Shown in pieces: positions 12,817 through 25,821 of a stretch of 64,000 bases of DNA. This DNA is from Marsupella aquatica. Taxonomy: Eukaryota > Plantae > Marchantiophyta. Numbering within the stretch: the stretch's first letter is position 1; each line of letters begins with the position of its first letter. The stretch lies in contig OZ316894.1 of NCBI GenBank assembly GCA_973895155.1, forward strand, positions 10,447,874 to 10,511,873. Direction: 5' to 3'. Under the pieces are notes generated by a model. It saw only the letters and a list, made by a program, of their open reading frames with translations, had not been told where the DNA came from and did not search any database. The position numbers and the translations under genes are program-made.

Positions 12817-15800
12817 ATGGCAGCGAGGGGAGCACTGGCTCGATGCGGAGCTCGTCTGTCTAAGCTGTACTCCAATTCGGCATCCCCTCGGTCGACGGCC
12901 CCTTCTTCTTCTGGTAGGATGCGAATCCTGGCAACAAACGCTCTGGAATTCTCTCTTTTTCTTGCTACTGTTCCGTCCGCTCGAACACTCTCTCTGGATT
13001 ATGAAGTCTCGCTTCTTACTCAGAATGGCACGAAATTGTTAAGAGAAGTGGCGCTCACAGAGTCTTTGCGTGAGGACTTGAATTGAACTGGCATTGCTGG
13101 TGGTCCGGGGTTTAGGGTTTGGGCAATGTCGTTCCTTAACTTGCGGAGCACGATTCTCATTGGATGCACATCCTGGTTGCAATTGCTCTGGAGTTTCTGG
13201 TTCCTATTGTGTGTTATCCTTTGTCCATTTAAACACTCGTCGGGATTTATGCGAAGTCGCCCTTCTTACTCAGAATGGCACGAAATTGGCAATAGTAGTC
13301 ACACTACAGATTCATTGCGTGAGGACTTGAATTGAGTTGGCACCGCTGGTGGTCCATGTCGTTTCAGAATGTGTGGAGGATGGTGATTAGATGCCCAGCC
13401 TGGTAGGACTCGTTCTGCAATTTGGTTTCCTCTTTCTCTTGTTAGGCCTGTCCATCCAAACGCTCGCCAAGATCTGTATGAAACGCTTCTTACTCTGAAT
13501 GGCGCGACATTGCCACCAGTAGTCACACTCACAGATTGTTCGCCTGATGACTTGGATCGAATGGGCAAAGCTACTGATCAGGGTTTTAAGCTTAGGCACT
13601 GTCGTTCCTGAATTGGTCGCTCGATGATTACTGGAACAACGTAACCTTTCAAAATGAAGTCCGGTTTTGAACAGCATTTGTGATGGGCAGTTCGAACCTG
13701 AGAGGGCGGGACAAATTCGAAAACTAAGTTGCCTTGGAAAAAACCAAAGCTGTCAGTGATCAGTCCAATACCTTCTGGGTGCTATCTGCAATGGAATTTC
13801 CTTGCAGTGAACATTTCCGACTTTCGATTTCTTCCGTTCAGTTATGAATTGCCGGTATCGCAGTTTTCAGTGCATAGTAACATTGCCTGGAAAGAAGCCG
13901 CAGACGGTCTCTTGTATCGTATGCCACAATCTTGCATGACCTGAATTGGGCAAGCATTTGCGACGACTAACAGTAAGTGCAAACAAACACTGGAGAGGTT
14001 GCTGATGTAGCAGGGCCCTACTGGTGCAGGTGTGCTAGTGCAAGATGTTGTACGGGCTATTGGAAAGGGTGTGGAGGCCCATGCTGAAAAGATGGCGAAG
14101 GAGGCTGGGTCAGTAACTAATCTTTCCCGGTTTCGAGGAGGAACCTTGAAAGGGCTTGGTATACTTTGCCAACAGGTACTTGAATTTCTGCGTTTTGTAC
14201 AAACGGGTGGAATCTACTCATAACAGAGTCTGTACTTCGTGCTAAATGAGAATCTTTAACGTCTAATAACGTTATGTAGCGCATCGTTGCTCCTGAAGCA
14301 TGTGAAAGAATTCACTTTGGGTCATCACAGCTGGGAATTTAATCCTGGGTGTGTTTGCAAGTGCACCTCCATTTGGTTTGGGCAACTTTGAGCTTATGAA
14401 AGGCAACTTCTTGCTTCTTCATCCTCGCGTCCAACTTTGAAGAGTAGGCACTCTCGTGAGACCTATATGTCAATGTAGCCTCTTTTGAGGTGGATCTGTC
14501 GGAGACTCCAGTAGTCCTTTTCTGTTCAAGAGTCCAGTTGCTCTCTGTAGTCTGCCTACAGAGAAAAACCGACAGGGAGTGTATTGTAACCTTTTCCACC
14601 AGTGATGCAACTGGACCTGTAACTAATTTTTTTTAAGCAGTAACATATGTACCAGAGTTGGTGCTTAGCAAAGGCACCGACGATCACAATTACCAAGAGA
14701 ATAGATAGATCTGCTTTCAACACGTGTCGCAGAAAATTGAATTTTTTGATAATTCTCTTTGGGAGCTCTTGTTGGTTAGAATGTAGAAGTTTGCAAGCAC
14801 GATGACGATAAAGGTACACTAAATCAAATCGAGCTCTTTGTGAAGAAGATGACGATCTCCTCGGGTATTGTTAGGAAAGGGCATTGAAAGGTTGAGTGAG
14901 ATGTCAAACAGAAGTGATCACAGAGGATGTTGTTAACCACATGTTCTTTTGGAAGTTGGACCTTAGCTTTATTGACAGCCCAACGAAGAATATCTGAGTT
15001 TATATCTCGTTTCCATGTATCTGCGCAGTCGACATTTGCCTCAAGGGGCCTCTCCACTGCCACTTTGGCCCGTCGTGTTACTGCTCCCATTGTGGAGGCA
15101 GTGCCTTTAGTAGTTGCTGGGACCTCTGCACAGCGCAAAGTCTCCTTGTGGCTCTTTGGTTGCAGCGGATGGGTATTCAGCATGGTTGTGCTGGGAGGTG
15201 TTACCCGTCTCACTCGATCTGGCCTTTCCATGACAGACTGGAAATTTGCTGGTGGCTTGCCTCCCATGACCCGTGACGAGTGGGATTTAGAGTTCGCCAA
15301 GTATCAGACATCTCCAGAATATAAGCGGTAAATTGGAACGGAGATTTTGTGTGAAATGGACATTTTCCTCAGATTTGTAATTGAATGCCTTGAGAATTGT
15401 GAAACTTAATTGAGGCACGGAGAAAATTCTTTGAAAATCGTGTTTCGTTCTTCCCTGCAGTGTGAATAAGGGGATGGACTTGGAGCAATTCAAGTTTATT
15501 TACTGGATGGAGTATGCGCATCGGATGTGGGGAAGGGGACTAGGTCTTGCTTTTGCTGGCCCATTTGCATATTTCATCGCAAAGGGCTACATCACGCGGC
15601 CCCTAGCTCTTAGATTATCTGCCCTCATGGCAATGGGTGGAGCGCAAGGTCTTGTTGGCTGGTGGATGGTCAAGAGCGGGCTTGAGGTGCATACCCTCTT
15701 CCCTTTTGGCCCTTTTTCGAATTGAATTCTCACAGTGGTTCAAGTTCGTTTCGAGTGTCACTGGAACGTGGGATTTACATGGTCTGTTTTACGTATTTGT

Positions 15801-17274
15801 AAGGAGCTGTTCGACAAAGTGAACCTATAAATACACCGGGTTTAGTTTGTAGATCGAAAGTGTTCCGATGGTATAATATTTGTGTTTGTCATTATTACAG
15901 ATTGCATATTTTCTGCCGGTATAATTTTTGTGTATGTCTTACAGGAACCGAAGTCTGAATATGCTCAACCGAGAGTGAGCCCGTATCGGCTTGCAGCCCA
16001 TCTGACTTCTGCATTCGTCATTTATTCAGGCCTGTTCTGGACAGCACTGTCGGTGGCTATGCCGGAACCTCCACCTTCTGTCAATATGACTATGCTAGAG
16101 GCCACCAGAAAAGTCCGCAAACTTGCTCTGCCAGTGGCAGCACTTGTCAGTGTAACTGCTGTCTCAGGGGCCTTTGTAGCCGGAAACGACGCGGTAAGTT
16201 TTCAAAGCTTACTTCCTGATCCTGCAGCTGAAACTTTTCTGGCTGGCTCGTTGTTTTCATTCTTTTTGCCTTGTTCCGAGCGGGAGACGTTCACTGAAGT
16301 GAATTAATCCCAGGCTAACAGCTTGAGGAGGTTTCTGAGAAAATTCCAAATTTTTGATGACAAGAGTATCGTTTCAATCAGGGACACGCTTATAACAGTT
16401 TTCCTAAAATGGGCGATAACTGGATTCCCGAGGGAATATTGGAGATGAAGCCATTGATCAGGAATTTCTTTGAAAATACAGCCACTGTGCAGGTAAATGT
16501 GGTCTTTGGCTGTAAGACCTTCACAGTAGTTTCTGTTTTTAGGCCATTGCAACAATGTATGACCTATGCAGAAGCTCTTCTATTTTCCTTCTGAATGTTA
16601 CTCACTCAGTCGTAGATGGTATTCATTGAAAATACAGCCACTGGGCCGGTAGATTTGGTCCTTAGCTATATGGCCTTCGTAACGATTTTTGTTTTATACC
16701 GATCGCAAAAATGTATGTTACGCATAAGCTCTACCGTTGGCCTATTGAATGTACCTCTTTCAGTCGTACAGGAAGTAAGAGCAATTCCTGAATGGATTGT
16801 GGTGTGCAGTTTGATCACCGCGTCCTTGCTTTAACGACCTTATCTTCTATCGGAGGCCTGTGGTTGGCTTCCCGAAAGCTTCCTTTAGATCCATCTGTGA
16901 AGACGTTATTGGATGGCACTCTTAGCATGGCTGGGCTGCAGGTACCTCATTTCCACTTTGCAGACTAGTTTTCTCTACGATTATGCGATCGGCCTGTTCT
17001 CTCAAAGTTGTCTTTTCGAGTTCTGTCGTTTCTTTGTTTCTCATTGCCTCCAGGTTGTAGGCTTACAGTTGCTTGTCGATCTCAGGTCACGTTGGGGATA
17101 TCAACATTGTTACTTTACGTACCCGTCTCATTAGGCTCTGCTCATCAGGCGGGAGCTTTGACTCTTTTTACAGTTGTCCTCACACTTCTGCACACATTAA
17201 GGAGGCCATCACCTGCAGCTATTAGAGCCCTTACATCAAAAACCTATGTTGTGGTAGGCAGCAAGAGTGTTTAG
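12817..17274 (+). CDS. COX15: Heme A synthase / cytochrome c oxidase assembly protein COX15, 8 exons, 482 aa
   Basis: Exons 12817-12913, 14030-14175, 15029-15327, 15461-15686, 15945-16193, 16382-16492, 16810-16941, 17086-17274 (1449 nt; phases 1,0,2,0,0,0,0; all GT-AG). Motifs GGVTRLTRSGLSMTDW, WMEYAHRMWGR, GWWMVKSGL, PRVSPYRLAAHL, GNDAGHAYNSFPKM, QFDHR, HQAGAL. Arg/Ser-rich N-terminal presequence. Exons 1-2 are the least certain. Confidence 0.94.
12917..13560. repeat. Three diverged ~235-245-bp tandem units in COX15 intron 1
   Basis: Core CTTCTTACTC(A/T)GAATGGC(A/G)CGA(A/C)ATTG...TGA(G/T)GACTTG at ~13012, 13262 and 13486. A telo-box-like TAGGGTTT lies at 13113. Confidence 0.8.
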
Positions 17275-17819
17275 TCAGGTTCAACCCCCAGTCGCAGGTG
17301 GCAAGACTGTGGTCAGATTAAATCATCTTGATCATTAATCATGGACAGCAATCATATTCGTGCATAGTTTGCCATCCAATTACAGTTACAATCCAGATCT
17401 GAATTCCAGAATCTATAGGCCATGGGCGAGCTGATCCTTGAAAAATTTGTCAAACAGGAGTTAAAATAAATGCCCGATTTCAGGGTCCCTCTGCACGAGG
17501 ACTTTCAAGGATCTCGTACCTCATTCTAGCGGAACAAAGGCACTCACCATCTTACGTCATAATTTTTCTATAAAGGACTTGTCGACTGAGTCTGACTGCA
17601 GAAGAAGATATTCGGTGAAGCGGAATTCTATTCCCCTGCCACCATTGAAATTAAAATTTTGCAAGCAAATGTTGGATGGGACGTCAAAAGTGGGGTAATT
17701 ATTGCTTTGGCATCGTGGTATTGATGACAGTAAATAAGTTAAACAGCGATGTCTCAGACAGGGCCAGCTATATGGAACTTTGACAGCAGGATGTTTTAGA
17801 CTAGGTTCTCCAGAGAGAA

Positions 17820-19800
17820 GGAGATCTATCTCCGAGAAGTTGGTTGTAAGGTCGGATGCTTACTATTTGTATTGAAAAGATTATTCACAAGAATCAAGAA
17901 ATGCGAAGGAAAAGAGCAAATACACGGGAGTGAATAAATGAACGAATCAGCTGTGAGTGCGAAGCCAATCTTCCCATTCATTCCCAATGGTTTCAGTAAG
18001 AAGAAGTTCCCAGCAACGCAGGCGAACATCGAGAGAGCAGATAACCACCCCTCATCTCATTTATATGTTCACCCATCAGATAAATCGGGTGCACTAAAGA
18101 CAGCAGCAGATGGATTAATTCATTCAAAGCCCAGGAAGCTCTCGATGAACTCAGATACAGCCGAAGCCTAGCAAAGATGGAGAAGAAGTCTAGGAGTGAA
18201 CTTAAGGTTGCAAAAATTTACCATGATGATCCTGGTGTTGTGTCGACATTTATTCCCAATCAGTTGCAGAGTTTACTTATCCGATTTTACTAAAGCAGTG
18301 TCCGGATTAAATCCCGGCAATGGATTCAATCCGAACATTCGTAGCTGTTTGGAATAGCGAAATTAGATACTGTAGGTCGATCGACCTTTCAGTTATCCGT
18401 TAGGCTTGCCTTTGCTTCGACTTATTATGGAGAGAGTCAACGAAATATTGATCGAAACGAGCAAGATTGAAGTTTCTGCTACGAGACAAAAACTTACTTG
18501 AATGTGTGAGATCATTCATGCGAAGGCTGGAAGACTACTATTATGTCAGACTCATTTCCGTTCGTTTGAAGATCTCTCGTGATCCTTTGCAGTTCAAGAT
18601 GACATCATGGACGACATACATAATTGCCATTCATTTTCAGTTTGTCCCAATACTCTGGTTGATGCTAACTATGGTGCTTTTGTCGAAATACAATAAATAA
18701 AAATAAAAATAACAATGGTGCTGTTGTCGAACCAATTAATGAACTCCATCTTGCAGTCGGCTGAATTTGTTCGTCAAGATTATGGTCATTATATGATGAG
18801 TGGTTTGTTATAGTTTTCACAAATCAGTGAACGCAGGTTTCGTGGCAGAAGGCAGCAAGGGTCAAATTGTGAGGTACGTCTACTGAATTCCAACGCTAAG
18901 AAGTCTTCTTTTCTGTGAATTGGTGGGCGTGAGAGAAAGAGTGATCCAGAGGGAGAGAGAACGAGAGATCCATTGGCATGAGGGCAGAGTTGCCCAGCCA
19001 GCCGCCGCATTCACAGTACAGAGTTCAATGTTGTAACATCAGGGTTTTGCATCATCATTCAGTCATTCCTCTCCGATGCCAACGATTGAGTCATAAGGTC
19101 AAACGACACATATACAAACGACAAATATACAATATGTCATACTTTGTCAAAATGTGGGCGGAAGTCAATTGCAGGCGGGATTCTTGCAACAGCTGATCGA
19201 CGACTATTCTTTCCCTCTGTCTCTTCTCTCTCTTCATGGATCTCAATCCAGTGAATTTTACTGAGAAAAGTTGGATGCACGTACGGAAGCGCCGGAATTT
19301 TTGTTCTGCGTAGCTCGCTTTCTTTGCTTTCCAGGGAGTCCGATCGACCGTGCAGCCAAAAGCTCAACGACTCATAGATTAATTAAGAAGATGAATGACG
19401 AAGAATCAACTGTACTCTTGTGAATTGTCAGCTCGTGAAATGCGTGCAACGCAGCCTTTCACAATTGATACTCACTCAAAGCAACTGAGCCGCCTCGTGC
19501 GCAAAATGAAAGAAATGCATGTCAGGCCATTCAGTCATTTTCTAAGGCTGCAGCCAGAGATCCAGTCAGGCAAATGTATCCCGTTCTTCCACGACTTCTC
19601 TGAGTACGTCCTCACTACTCCTCAGCTTGATTTCTCGCGAGTCTCCGTACGTCAAGTCGGGGCTGTCCACTGCTCAACCTCGGCCGAATTCCAACAAGAG
19701 AAAAATGCCGGTGCAGCTGGGAAACGAGCACCGATCTACGAACCGACAACATCTGCGTCTATTACCTCACTCATTACATGTGACATGAATCTTTGGGATT
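17820..19800 (-). ncRNA. Candidate spliced non-coding transcript convergent with COX15
   Basis: TATA-like TTTATAAATA 19819-19828; donor GAG|GTAAT at 19765 paired with branch CCTGAC and acceptor CTGCAG at 19548; further donors at ~18497 and ~18221; acceptor TTTGCTAG at ~18168. No credible ORF. Confidence 0.3.
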
Positions 19801-21931
19801 CGGCATGAATTCCTTCACTTTATAAATACTTTATGGGTGGCCCCCGTACCGCTGAGTAGTCAGAAACTCAGAATGAAAATTACTAATTCATCATTTCCAA
19901 ATGGCCAAATCCCATGTGCGTACAACCTGTACTGCACCGCATTATGATATCTTCAGCTTAGTATATTAAAGACGCGGCACTGAAATCTAAAAAGATTGTT
20001 CTATTCCAATCCTTTCATTCTTGGCTTGGGACTTATTCGAATCTAGCCTCGGGTAGGTCCCCACAGAGGAGAACCTGAGTGACGACGAGTTGTTTGGGAC
20101 AAAGATAGTATAGTCTACAGCAGCTGTAGAAGAGGCACCGACTAATATCAGTGCACTGATAGCTCTGTTGTCTAATTGTAGCACAATGCTACCATAGCTC
20201 TCTACTGTAGTAGATTTGGTTCTTTTCATGGTAGAGGGCGAATTCTATTGATTTGGTTCCTAAGTTCGATACTGGAAGTCCCAAGGATTTGGTTGAGTGG
20301 TAGGCCTTGGTAGAGTGGTAGGCCTCCCCTGCTGGTAATGACTGATCAAACTGTGATAATATAGGGTGTCCACTCATTGATTTAAAAATAATAATGAGAT
20401 TTATCATGGTATGGAGAGATCTTACACAATATATAACATATTTTATGTGATTAGAGTAGGCCTCCTGGATTTGATCCATCTAGAGTGCCTTTTTATATCA
20501 CTTAAACCCCTGGAGAAGCATTGGTCCACGTTTCAGTTGGTTTGTGGATAGCAAATAACTAGTCTTGGTTTATGTTTTGGGTGTAGGGAGGCCATTGATG
20601 ATGATATGTAGATTTAACATGAGTCATGCTAGTTTATACATAGGAAAGGAAGGTGGTGACTCCTCCCTTCCCGCCCCTGGTAGACAGTTTCGGTCAGAAG
20701 TATCTAGTCAAATTCATATGAACAGTTAGATCTTCCTAGATTTAACGAGAATCAATTTTGACACTGTTGTATAGCCAATCCACCTTTCAATAATTATTTT
20801 GTCTGATTAAGATTTTCTCTTACTTATATTTTATTTCAATGTGTCATAACAAGGTGTATCACTTGTATTATTTACATTCTAAATAATTTTGGGACTGATC
20901 TTATTGTTTATAGTTCATGTTTATTGAAATTAAACATGTTCAACAGGGCCTCACTCAAAGGGGGTTCCATACCACCCACCGAGTTATTGGGCAATAAACA
21001 CACCAAACATGAATTAATCAAAGTTTATAGGAGATTTTTTACCCATAACATTGGAATATTCTTGAAATATTCCCAAATTTGGTTTTGACAAACATTAGAA
21101 TTATTAGAATTCTCACAACTGTATTAAACACACCTAATGTTTTCCACAAAAGTTTTGAAAGCCTAATTCACTAAACCCAATAGGAAACCCCTATACTAAT
21201 TTGTGCATGCTGGCATGGGTCTGAAGAAAAAGAGTGATCGAGAACCCTTACCTAACTCCCCCTTTCTCACTGGGTTGTGGTGAAGACTTGTAGGTGCGTT
21301 TGTTGGGCCAAATGCCATACAATTATCCCCACAATTATCCTGTGAATGAAAATATTAGGTGCCAAAAAGTACGTTTCCACGCTGTTCATTATTTCATGTT
21401 GTCCGGCCTAAATCTTCATTAATATGTCTCTTGCTGTTGCCATTGATGGGAGCAGATCAACATATCGATCTGTCCAAAACCATTTGAGGGGTCTAGTCAT
21501 CTGTTCTTGCTAAGGGCAGCCAGCTATTTAGGAATACTAAATTTTAATAGGTTGTCTCACCATCTAGAGTCTTTGCAACATGGTAGCCTTCCCTTTTGGC
21601 AAAGCGGATGTTTCTTCTGAACTTTGCAAGGCTCAGTTTTAGAGGACTTTCCTGATTATGAATGAGCAACTATTTTGTGCATGCCTTTGTAGGTGCTTTT
21701 GGTTGGGGTGTGGCTATGTGGCTAGCTGGCTGCCGACTAGATGATACAATCCTTGCAAATGGTTACACGTATTTTTTGAATTCTTTTCTTGAGTTGGTGA
21801 AGAATAAAGTGGACGGTGCCAATGAAATTATGAAACCCAAGACAAACCCCATCATTCAAGCGATTTTGAAAAGTCAGAGATTCACAAAGACTAGTCCCTG
21901 TTGTGTCATTAAATGCACCTGGGTTCTCCCC

Positions 21932-22184
21932 CACACCCCACCGGAAGACCCTCCTCATTTTTGTGTCACAATTCAGTTTCAGGCCAGCCTTTTTGGGTTC
22001 CCTGGTTGCCCTTGCCCATCCTATGCCTGGGCAGCCTTTAAAATCACACCCTTCCTGCCCAACACCTCACCTGAAGACTCTCCTCATTTTTGTGTCACAA
22101 GTCAGTTTCAGGCCAACCTTTTTAGGTTCCCTCGCTGCCCCTGCCCATCCCATGCCTGGGCAGCCCCTAAAACCCCACCCTTCC
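21932..22184. repeat. 129-bp tandem duplication in an unassigned decayed (probably TE-derived) region
   Basis: CACC(C/T)CACC(G/T)GAAGAC(C/T)CTCCTCATTTTTGTGTCACAA...ATGCCTGGGCAGCC repeats at 21932 and 22061. Confidence 0.9.
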
Positions 22185-25100
22185 AGCTGCTGACTGTTTG
22201 TTGAGTAGGGGTGATGAACAAAGTTGCCATGACACGAAGAAGTGTTTACGGCAAGCATCTACTCTTTCCCTTATCCCCTTTCTCTGTCTTTCCCCAATTT
22301 CTCCAAAGAATAGTTTTCCGTGAACTTTAGTAAGGTGAACCAATGGTTTGGGTGAAATCCGGGTGCCTCGCCTATGCTATTTGGGTGCTATTTTTAAAAT
22401 TTTGTTTTTTGCAGTTAAATCAAGTGGCCCTTAAACCATTCTTTGATGCTATTTTGCCAAAAACCTTTTTCTGGTAGCCAAGATGTGACAAGGGCCGTCC
22501 ATTGGGGAAATATAGCTGCACTTCACTTTACAAAAATGTGGGGTGCATGCAATCTTGGGTGCAATTTCTTTCCATGATGTTGCCCATCCTAAATGTATTG
22601 TCCCGGTGAGAGTAATAGAATTTAACAAAAAAAAATGAACCCTAACTGTAAATGAAAATAGACCAAAAAAAAAAGTAACAAAACCATAGACGCCTCACTG
22701 GTATCCGGAACTAATAATGTCCCACCCCACACTTGATGGAGATGATCAGTGATCCAGATCGTCAACAAAGCTTAAATGAAGGCAACCAAAATCTCATGGT
22801 GTCCATCAAGTAACACTTTGCAATTTAGGGGTCTATATGTCGGTACAATTATCTCTTCTTGCCAGACTAACCCTGTGTTTCATCATCCAAAGTCCAAGCC
22901 AGAATATTGCGTCGAAGAAATAAAGTGAGTGCGGGACATTACAGCAGCGGCCAAACGAACTCATCGAGGACTTTTGGGGGGAGACGACAACCACAACATA
23001 TCGTACAGAATATAGAATGTTTGATCGAGTTCTTTCAAATTCTTTCCAAGTCAGCGAGCAAGCCAGCAAGGACCTTCAGCCTTGAGTTGAACCTGCAAGA
23101 GGGGAAGATAGCATGGATTACGTTTCTGTCGAAGTGGCGTGTTTGGTGAAGATGTTTTCGCTTGTCTGGTATGGAACTGGAATTGGAGTCGATCACACAT
23201 GGAAAGCTCTTGTTCAACTTCTTGTGAGGGATGAATGCCTAGTATAGGACAGCGTAACAAGATCTCAGTGGCCCCACCGTAAGCGCCACCTACCATGCGT
23301 ATCCACATTAAAATTCGATTGAAGAATTAGAGTCTTTGATGGATTGACGTGAAGGCCTGTACTACTACCCTATAGTTGATATAGACATATATACCGTACT
23401 AAGATCACTTTGGTGCACTTTTTTAGGCAGAGCAGCAATCATTATGTTGGAATCATGGAAATACTCTTTGGAACTTTCGCAGACTAGAGGTTTGAAATGC
23501 ATCCACTCCTATAACTGAGAGTCCACCACAAAATGATTGAAGTCGCTTATACACATCTGTTACTGATGCATCTCAAAGTCCATCACGAATAATTGAATCA
23601 TTGAACGCGGGATTGAACCTTCTTTTCATATGTAATTATGTATTCTGCTCGTCGTCTCTTCATGATTGAATCGTTGAATCGTTCTTACAGTCTGCTCTCC
23701 GCCTCTTAGTCCATCGTAGAATGATTGAACATGATGCTGTCCAGAATACGGCCATGCTTTTTATGGGCCTCTAAATGGAAATCCAGGTATTTACTAATTA
23801 GGGACCGCACTTTACATCAACCCAGCTTCTAACTAGAGTACATCCAAACCAACTCTAGTGGCCTAGTCTGCCACCTTACTATAGAATCAAAACCCAAAAA
23901 TGATTCCAGGTCCCGCCTCTGCTAAACTAGCATTTCCTCTCCGGATGACCTTGGGAATGGTCTAGAAAACACAATCGAGTGGCCATATATGCCACATTGT
24001 AGGATGTTTTTGGGCCCTATTTACATCCACGTAGGGTTGGAGTTCCCTAATCAGATTGCGTCACAATCTAATTAAATTGAACTTAACACAAAAAATCTCA
24101 CGTGAAGATTGAAGTCTCCAAACCATGTTACTTGGTGGCAAAAGTTCACTTGGCTAGATTACACCTCTCTGATAAGTATTGGCCACCTTCGCCACCTCTC
24201 AAACTTATTAGCCCATTTGGCAAAACTCGCTAGATTTTAAGACTTCTTCTCCTCACACAAGGTGACATTTGCCACCTTGCCAAAATGAATATCCCAAAAT
24301 TAATGTTAAGCTGCTTCGAACTAAGGAGAACTTGTTCAATGCCCCCTTGATTAGCCTCGAACAAAGAGATGAGTGTGGAGGGTATGTGTGAGTGTGGGTG
24401 GGGTTTAGTGGTGGGAGTATTGGTTGATTCAACCCTCTATCATCCGCTTGTGGCTGCCCCTACAGAATCCCATGCTCCGGAGTAGATAGTCTATCCTCCT
24501 CTAGATAGGCATGCTTTTGGTTTCAAGGGAAAAAAAATTTGTCATTTGCACATATAGCTTATATAATTTACATGAAAGCAACCTTAGCATAATGATTTTG
24601 ACATAATTGTCAGCGCCCAGGACTTTAGAGTCAACCTGCATATGATAGTTAGATGGAAGAACGCAATCTAGTACAACACAGCCCATCTTCATAGTAAATT
24701 TGGTGATTGTCGTCTACTGACAGGACGGTCGATCACTCCACCAGTCAATTGCCAAAATGACAAATCTGGTACAATGAATACTGATTGTAGAGTAATTGAC
24801 GCCCGTAACGGCAAAAGAATGGAGTCCACACAGGAGAGAATCTTGGTCAAAGGTAGATAATAAGTAGTCAAAGTATAGAGGATCAAATCCTGGATGCAAG
24901 AGCTGAAACTCGCTATCCGTTGGAGCGGAGGGCCGACCAGACACGCGTGTATTATATTGTACCAAAGGATTCCTCAGTGCTTTCCATCCGTCGTCCGTTG
25001 CTACGTGAGGTACTGTGCATGTCTCGCATTGGACGGGTGAGCAGGCTTATTCCATCGCGGCCACCCAGGAGTGAGTATTTCGTCAGCCTGTTGAGCCGGG

Positions 25101-25821
25101 ATGCACATGATTTCCCTCTTCTGCGATGCCTTGTTCAAAGTTTTTTACTGGATTCCCGTCGACAGCTTGCACGAACTTTGACAAGCAACAGCAAACTCCT
25201 GAGTCCTAACTGAATTGAATGTACTATATTCCCAGGAGATAAGATGGCGGTGGCTAGTGGGACTTGCCAGTTATGCCCCGAACGCAAGCTGCAGAAGGAT
25301 GATGAAGAATGTACGCTTCGATGGAGGAATTTCCAGTCATTTACAGTAATGGAACAACAGTAGTACTTGACCGATCGAGTCAGATTCTTCATCCTCCTGA
25401 TTTCAGTTGAGAATAATGATCTGAGTCTTGCCTCGTCTTGCTGCTGGATCTGATCGTCTGCATGCATCAGGCATGCGGTATCGTATCTGGAGAAAGGGAT
25501 ATATATCACTCGGATCTTGGATGATTACTTCTCAACGAGCAGCACGGAATTAAGCAAGCTGCGTGCCTGATCATGAGTGAGGAGTAAGCAGGAGGAAGGT
25601 GAAGGGGGCAGTGGGCATGAAGAGGGAGTGAATGAAGAAACCCAGTGCTGAGATCATCGATGCTATTAACACTACATCGAGCTGCTTCTTCGATTATTTC
25701 CAGGATCTGCATTCTCACGTCTGTCCTCATGGCAACGAAGAACCATTGAAGCATACTTACTGCATGAATTTTGTTGATGGATATCATTTTGATGATTTGA
25801 CCTGTGCATTAATATTATTTA

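Noticed and set aside
13542-13582. CCTGATGA...CTGATCAGG resembling a C/D snoRNA
   Set aside because: About 40 nt is too short, and the boxes are not kept in the sister repeat units.
18794-18886. ATGATGA...CTGA at snoRNA-like spacing
   Set aside because: No terminal stem and no rRNA or snRNA complementarity that I could recognise.
18971-19083. TTGGCAT/ATGCCAA hairpin and a partial miR399-like string (AGAGTTGCCC)
   Set aside because: Pairing collapses after 7 bp on both strands, and the match to miR399 covers only its 3' half.
21662-22204. 180-aa plus-strand ORF with repeated Cys/Pro motif
   Set aside because: Its length is explained by the 129-bp duplication; no recognisable domain or gene context.
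25155-25255. Partial resemblance to miR536 and to a miR390 target site
   Set aside because: Indel in the seed or unpaired 5' positions plus a misplaced bulge; no tasiARF sequence, so not TAS3.
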